A stretch of DNA of 64,000 nucleotides, taken from positions 248,001 to 312,000 of the forward strand of contig OZ025739.1 of assembly GCA_964019335.1 (NCBI GenBank). Reading direction: 5' to 3'. Position 1 is the first letter of the stretch. The number at the start of each line of letters is the position of its first letter. Positions 57,602 to 64,000 of this stretch are shown one piece after another. Under the pieces are notes generated by a model, which saw only the letters and a program-made list of their open reading frames with translations, made no database searches and was not told the origin of the DNA. Origin of the DNA: Diplonema japonicum (Eukaryota > Protista > Euglenozoa: Diplonemea). The translations under genes and the position numbers were made by a program.

Positions 57602-58583
57602 ATGGAAAGTGAAATACGGACGGACACACTAACAAAGCCCAACGGGGGGGATGGGAGATACACGTTCCACAGACGGTTCGCAGCCGGGGGTGGGGCAGGG
57701 ATCATTACAAAGCTGGCAACCGCGCCGCTAGAAAGAGCAAAGTGCCTGATACAGCTACAAGGGATGATGGGCTACGTTGGGGACAAGGTGAAATACCGGT
57801 CAGTGTGGACCACAATACGCAAAGTAGTTCGGGATGAAGGTGTTCTTGCCTTGTACAGGGGCTGCGGGGCGAACATCCTGCGTATCGCTCCTGCCTACGC
57901 ATTCAAATTCAGCCTTGTCGATCATTTTAAGTACAAAATCGCCCGACCTGGTCAGCGGGTCGGCGACCTCTCCCTCAAGCAACTCATCCTTGCCAGCACC
58001 GTCGCTGGTTTTTTTCAAACCGCTGTGACGTACCCACTTGAGTCCCTTCGACAGCGGCTTTATGTTTCCGACTCGTTAGGACACTCGTTGAACAAATCAG
58101 GGATACCGCATTGCGTAAGGCTGACGCTTTCACACGAAGGCATACGTGGGTTCTACCGAGGCCTCACTGTAGGGCTGGCTACGGGCGCACCTTTTGTAGG
58201 TGTTGAAATGTCTACGTACGAGCTTCTCTCAAGGCGGATTCCCACAGATGCGACGGGGGCGTCGAAGATGCCTTATCATTTTATGTGTGGTTCTGTTGCG
58301 GGTGTTGTGACGCAGACCGTGCTCTACCCCCTGGACACTGTCTGGCGGCGGATGATGAGCAACGGGATCTTCCAGACAGAGCATAAGTACACGTCGTCTT
58401 GGCACTGTGTAAAACTTACCATTCAGGTGTGGGAGAAGGGTAATAAAAAAAAAAAAAAAAAAACAGGAAGAAGGCGTAGCCGGTCTTTTTTCCGGTGTCG
58501 GGGCTAATGCCATGAGAGCCGTACCTGCCGCTGGTATTCAATTTGTAGCATATGAGGGTTTAAAGTCTTATCTGGCTGTGTAA
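57602..58583 (+). CDS. Mitochondrial carrier (adenine nucleotide/CoA carrier-like), 2 exons
   Basis: APLERAK, YPLESLRQR, YPLDTVWRRMM. Intron 58427-58466 restores EEGVAGLFSGVGANAMRAVP. Confidence 0.92.
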
Positions 58584-58759
58584 AAAAAAAGGGGGGGGGG
58601 AGGAGAAGTTTTTAGTGATAGGGGTGGGGGTGCGCAAAAAAAAAAAAAGAAAGGAAATGGAGCACCTCGTCATATTTTTTTTCTTCCATTATTCCAGTAT
58701 TTCTTTCCTAGAGGGGTTAATGCCCCATTTTTTGTATTTCTTTTTTTAAAATCCGAAAA

Positions 58760-61700
58760 AGTGCATCCGCCATTTTACGGAGAGTTCAGATGTTGAAAGA
58801 CCCTGCCCTGCCCTATGACCTACGTAAAGGGTGGGACAAGATGAAGGCGAGAGCCATCAATGTCTTAAAGGTTCACCCTGAGACTTTTTCCCATGGCAAC
58901 ATCTCCAGGGAGGCGGACCTGGTGAAGAGGAAGGTGACAGCATTACAACGGGACATGGACATTGCCTCGAAGATCCAGCGCAGTATAAAAGCACGGAGGG
59001 AGCTAAATTCAGGCTTCTCGGTGAATCGGAGCGCAATCATGCAGTTCGTAGCAGATAGGCCCGAGAGAGAGCTGGTAGCAGCAAACACCAACGGAGCCAT
59101 CTCGACCTCAGTTGAAGAGATCGACCTAGCTTTCAGGTCGGCGTGGCGCCACATCTTTCGCAAATACGAAGAACATCCCGAACCGCGCTACGACTCTTTT
59201 GAAGAAGCGTTTGGGACGCAGATCTCCCACCACCCGATGGTGGACCTCTCGCTCACTCTGGACGATCTACGGGTAGTCCTGAAAAAAAAGGAGAAGCAGG
59301 AGTGTGCAGGGATCGACGGTTGGAGGCTTTGTGAACTCGCACATTTACCAGACGCACTACTGGAGGGTTTCGTCTATCTGTACGAATGGATAGAGGAAGG
59401 GGGACGATGGCCCAAGGCAGTCCTCACGGCGCTTGTAACGATGATCCCGAAAGGGGAGTCCGAAGAACCGCTGGAACACCGCCCGATCACGGTATCGAGT
59501 GCGTTCTACCGACTCTGGGCAGGCGCTAGACTACCCGCGATCCTCGAGTGGCAAGAGGCGTGGATCACCCCTCTCCAATTCGGTTTCAGGCCGAAACACA
59601 GCACTGACGATCTCCTCGCCCGAGTCTGCACTAGTGTAGAGACGGCGAAAATATCAGGTAAGCACCTCTATGGCCTCTCGGTTGACTTCAAGAAATGCTT
59701 CGACTCGATCCCCCATGCGCTTACGTTCGATTTAGTGGAGCGTTTAGGCCTCAGCCAACTTATCCTGAGACCGATAAAATCCATCTACTCAGACCTAATT
59801 CGTCGTTTGCGTTTCCCTATGGGGGTGGGCGCACCGTTCAGAACCACGAATGGAATTCTCCAGGGTTGTCCAATATCACCGGTCTTCATCAACGCGATCC
59901 TCGCTATATTCACCAAGAAATGCACGGCGAACCCTAGAAACGCCCATCCTGTGTCGTATGCAGACGACCTAAACTTCACGTCAGCTACCTCGGAGGCCGC
60001 GGTGCAACGCTCCGTTAACCTGCTTGGCACCCTCTGCAAGCTCACAGGGATGACTATCCACCCGAAGAAAACTAAGTCGTTTGGAACGAAGCCCAAGTAC
60101 TGCGGCAACGTACAGCTGCACGGGGAGACCTTCGACACGTCCTGCAAACTACAGATCCTAGGGGTACTGGTCTATTTCCAGCCTTGTAGAAGAGAGAACA
60201 CGAGAGCCCGCAAGGCAATTGCAGAAATCGAGCGCCTCGCAGCAACGAGACTTTACCACAACCGCAAGGTACAGATCATCGCAGAGAACATCCTACCGTC
60301 CGCCTTCTACGGCGTCCTCTTCGACCCAATCCCAGACTCTTGGCTGGTGAAGATGAAGAAGCAAATCACGTCATGCATCTGGGGTGCACGCAACCCGATG
60401 CGTTCCGCCAGTGCACTGCTAGGGATTGCCTACAAAGGACACACCCTAGACCCTTACTCTTCGGTGGTCTATAAAGCCATTTCGACCCTAGGTCGCCTGT
60501 GCACACGACAGTCGAACAAGTCCCTATTCGTGTCGGGCTGGGAAACTTACAAGTACGCAAAGGAGCGAGATGGAACGCCGTCACTTTCGAAAGGACCATT
60601 TGGCAATGCAGAAATATGGCTGCGTGAAATCGGGACGAGATGGAAGGACTTCGTAAAGGAGTTGCCACGGGGCATGCCACACCTGAAACACGAGGTCAGG
60701 GCGCGGTTGAAAGAAAAACTGCGGGGCGAGCTCGCCGAAGAGCGGGACACTTTCAAAGGAATCGAAACAGGAGTGGACGAGAGGAAGACGAACGTCCTAC
60801 ACAACGAGGTGGCGATCACCAACCCGCAGAAAGCGAGGAGAATCCTCTGTGCCGTTACTGGCGCCATCCTTCCACTGCACCCTAGAGCCTACGGCGACAT
60901 GGATGGCACGCGAACGAAATGCCTTGGGTGTGACGCACCCTTCGACATTAGGGGCGGGACCAGCGACCTCCTGCAGCATACAATTTGGCACTGCCCGGCA
61001 CACACCGGTTTTAGAACGGCCAACGCCGACCGCGAATGGCTGGTGCAAGAGCACATCAACTGGCCAATCTGCACCCGCGTACACGGCATCATTACCTCGG
61101 ACTTGGACATCAGCCTATCGAGGGTCAAGGAGCTCCACCTGATGCTAGCAGAAGTGGCAGGCAAGCTCGAGAACTTGCACGCCGACAAGCAGGTCAGGTA
61201 CTCCAAACAGCATTTCTGGAATAGACCATTCCGACCGGGGAACCTCTTAACCCCGAAACCTCTCCCTTGGTACCACGAGCATGGGCTGCAGAAGAAATAC
61301 TTCCCAGGCCTAATCCCATTTGTCCTCAACTGGTTAAAGGCCCTAAAATGGGGCGAGGACGGCGGGCAAGTTTCTAAGGCGGAACTGGCGGTCGACCTCA
61401 TTGCAACGGAAAGGCTCCACATGGGTGGTGAAGACATAGCATGCTGGGCGAGAAAGCTCGGCAGGATTCTCAGCGTCTTAGAAAGGATCCATCTAAAAGG
61501 GACGGGGAATCATCTGATTCCGGCAAAAACTATGAAGTCAGTACACTCACTACGCACCCTAGGGCTCCACAGCCATGCCGTCACTGGATACTCCACTCGT
61601 CCGATCTTCGCGTCCCCGAAGGTCACCCACTCGATCCTAGAGGAACAAATGCGAACGCATTGCATCCTCAACAACTCGCTAGTTGGTTTCACGCCCAAGC

Positions 61701-61827
61701 TGCTGATGAGATACTACGACGGGCCTAAGGCACTACCACGACAGAAGGGATCAAACACTAGATGAGTTGATTGTCGTTAGGCGATCCTGTCACATACTGC
61801 AGGTTCCCTTCAAAGACACCTTTTTTT
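58760..61827 (+). mobile_element. Non-LTR retrotransposon, 5'-truncated, intact RT ORF 58790-61765
   Basis: HRPITV, QFGFRP, DFKKCFDSI, GILQGCPISP, YADD, CLGC...HTIWHC. Colinear with the 13513 element; endonuclease missing. 5' boundary approximate. Confidence 0.93.
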
Positions 61828-61960
61828 GTGTAGGGGTTGGTGATCCCATTCTCAAACAAGGCGGGGGGAAATGTGGTGGGGGCAGGGAAAAAAGTCTTTT
61901 GAGGACTAGCAGCCCTATGGTACCAATTAAAAAAAAAAACTTCTTTTTTAGGGGGCTTTG

Positions 61961-62008
61961 GCAATCCTGTCACGTACTGCAGGTTCCCTTTAAAGACATC
62001 TTTTTTTT
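61961..62008 (+). mobile_element. About 40-nt 3'-terminal LINE fragment
   Basis: GCAATCCTGTCACGTACTGCAGGTTCCCTTTAAAGACATC matches 61781-61820; flanked by TTTTTTAGGG(GG)CTTT on both sides. Confidence 0.8.
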
Positions 62009-62638
62009 AGGGCTTTTCCTTTTAAAGATTTGGCTGCGTTTTCGTGAATTCCGAAGGAAAAAAAAAGAAAAAAAAAAGAAGGCGTGGGGAGAGGGAACCA
62101 TCTAGCCCTTGGTGCCCTTTATAAAGAAAAAAAAAAAAGAACACCCTCCTTTTTTGTTTTTCTTTCGTGTTCCATTTTGTTCTCTACCCATAACGTGACG
62201 TAAGGGCGAAGCCTTTAGTGTCACGTAGGAGAAAAGAGAAAAAAAAAAATTTTTTTTTTGCTATCGTTTTCCTTGGAACGGGGGGAGGGAGGTCAAAATA
62301 CCCTGGATAGCTTGGCTTTACTGGGGGGGGAAAAATGGCTATTGATCCACTCGTTGGACTAGAAGAAGGCCTTTTTTATTTTCTTTTGACCGATACCCAT
62401 CATTGTTTTTGTTTTTTTTTTTTTTTTTTTTTTTTGCCCTCCTCCTATCCAGCAATTTATCCCCCCTTTTTTCCCCCCCTTCATTTTTTTTTTTTTCTCC
62501 TTTTTTTTTCACATTCACATTTCCGTTGTTTTGCTCCCCTCGTTTTCACACCGTCCTCCAAACTGGGAGGAGGGGAAAAGAAAGAAGAGAAAAAAAAAAA
62601 AAGAAAAAAAAAGAAGGCGGGGTGGAAAAAAAAAAAAA

Positions 62639-63793
62639 ATGTCAGCAGTTTCACGAAAAAGGGCATGGGTGAAGGGATGGAGGAAAAGAAGTATTAAAAG
62701 GGATGTGAACAAGGCAAAGGGTTCGGTCTTGAGGATGTTACAAGGCGGGGAGGCAGCAAGAAGCAAAGACCTGCTGAGCGACCTGACCACGCTGCTGCAA
62801 GGCGAAGATACCAATGTAAAAGAAGAGTTCAGCAAAAAAATCTGGAATATCGAACCGCTTACAACAATGGAAGAGAATTACGTGCAGAGAAGAACAAAAG
62901 GTGCCATCAAAACCCACGCCATAGCAGGCTCACGGGTCATCACATGTGTAACACCTCTGACGAAAGGAGAAATAGTATTCAAAGAATCCACACCATTATT
63001 CGGGCCAAACATACGACACTGCACAGCATGTGACGCTCCGACCACCTCTGTGAGCTGCGGTAAGTGTGGATCATGGTTCTGTTCTGCAGCATGCCGTGAC
63101 GCGTCCTCCTTTGTACATAAACTAGAATGTAGAATGCTTACGAGCGCCGCCTTCAAGTCACTCTCTGTGTCTTATCAAAGAGGTGCGTACGGGTTACACA
63201 GCAGCCTTCACGTTCCTGTGCAAGGAAGGTTCCTTCACCGCAACACCAATGTGAAGCTGTTCAGAAAGATGATGCTGCTTATCGCGAGGTGTATCAGCAT
63301 CGCCCAGCACAGCCCCGACCGTTTCACCGATCCCACAAACCTTCCCATGGTATCAATGCTGCCTTATGTCCCTATTCCTACCGCTGTCGATGTCATGCCA
63401 CTTCCTAATCTTAACCCGCCTATTGAGCTTGGTATGCTGTTTCACCTCATGCGGACCACAGCTGATATTCTCGGTACGGGTCCGGCTTCTGTGAATGCTC
63501 TGTGGAGCACGCACAGAGCGGCTCTTTGGGGCCTCTGGGAGGCGCTTCTTCACAACCATCAAAATGGTTCCCTCTTTCCCGTCGCGTCTCTCATCCCGCA
63601 TTCTGCGAACCCGACTGTTTCCAGGTACTTCCCCTCCGCTTCGCTTTGCTATGTTGTTGCTGAAACCGACTTGCCTCCTGGTTCGCAGATTACCACGTCG
63701 TACGTACCGCTTGGCACCCCCGAGGCCCTGCGTGCCCAGCTGCTTCGCAAAGGATGGGGTATCTATGAGGATGTGGGTGCGGGGCATTTGTAA
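62639..63793 (+). CDS. SET/MYND (SMYD-like) domain protein, degenerate
   Basis: KGEIVFKE, MYND finger CTAC...CGKC...FCSAAC...H...C, FPVASLIPHSANP, QITTSYV. Confidence 0.8.
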   Translation: MSAVSRKRAWVKGWRKRSIKRDVNKAKGSVLRMLQGGEAARSKDLLSDLTTLLQGEDTNVKEEFSKKIWNIEPLTTMEENYVQRRTKGAIKTHAIAGSRVITCVTPLTKGEIVFKESTPLFGPNIRHCTACDAPTTSVSCGKCGSWFCSAACRDASSFVHKLECRMLTSAAFKSLSVSYQRGAYGLHSSLHVPVQGRFLHRNTNVKLFRKMMLLIARCISIAQHSPDRFTDPTNLPMVSMLPYVPIPTAVDVMPLPNLNPPIELGMLFHLMRTTADILGTGPASVNALWSTHRAALWGLWEALLHNHQNGSLFPVASLIPHSANPTVSRYFPSASLCYVVAETDLPPGSQITTSYVPLGTPEALRAQLLRKGWGIYEDVGAGHL

Positions 63794-64000
63794 CCTTAAA
63801 AAAAAGGATGTTGAATATTTTATTGATGGGAACTCACACCACAAGAGGCTGTCCTCAAGTGGGATTGTCTTTTACTATGAGTTTATTTTTTGGTAAGCAT
63901 TATTATTTTTTTGGCCGTGAGCTGGGGGGGGGGGGGAGTAAAATTGAAATTGGATCATCCACAGGTGGAATGCGTGTGCTGGTGGTGGTGTTTCTAGCAT

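Noticed and set aside
8068-58466. Introns as a recent introner family
   Set aside because: No shared internal sequence or TIRs. Junction repeats are only (C)AG|G proto-splice sites, and positions are conserved between old paralogues.
58712-58730. Possible TSD for the 58760 LINE (AGGGGTT..TG..CCCATT also near 61832)
   Set aside because: Too many mismatches for an element with an intact ORF, and not adjacent to the junction.
1-64000. Minus-strand ORFs and poly-Phe/poly-Lys ORFs or N-terminal extensions in the ORF track
   Set aside because: They are shadows of + strand genes or translated homopolymer spacers and introns, with no family motifs.
1-64000. Non-standard genetic code, programmed frameshifting or RNA editing at A-runs
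   Set aside because: Every break in a host gene is resolved by a GT-AG intron, and TAA, TAG and TGA all act as terminators.

Overview
Eukaryotic nuclear DNA, most likely a euglenozoan of diplemonid type (inferred from gene content, e.g. a kinetoplastid-like TM9SF motif, and from organisation). About 28 host protein genes, two non-LTR retrotransposons, their short relics and a hAT transposase relic all lie on the + strand, like a kinetoplastid directional (polycistronic) cluster. Spacers are full of A/T/G/C homopolymers. I reconstructed 24 tiny GT-AG introns (35-73 nt) by hand. 17 of them contain poly(A)/purine runs instead of a polypyrimidine tract, and most sit near CDS 3' ends. Splicing reveals a 4-exon gene missing from the ORF track and C-terminal PTS1 signals on two tandem acyl-CoA dehydrogenases. 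Best leads: (1) poly(A) mini-introns versus poly(T)+AG intergenic acceptors; (2) a LINE family ending in a conserved hairpin joined to T-tracts rather than poly(A); (3) an SREBP-like membrane-tethered bHLH-ZIP protein; (4) a highly structured dispersed repeat upstream of both TM9SF genes; (5) a hAT relic abutting a foldback element. All calls are by eye, without database searches. Homopolymer lengths and LINE frameshifts may include sequencing error.
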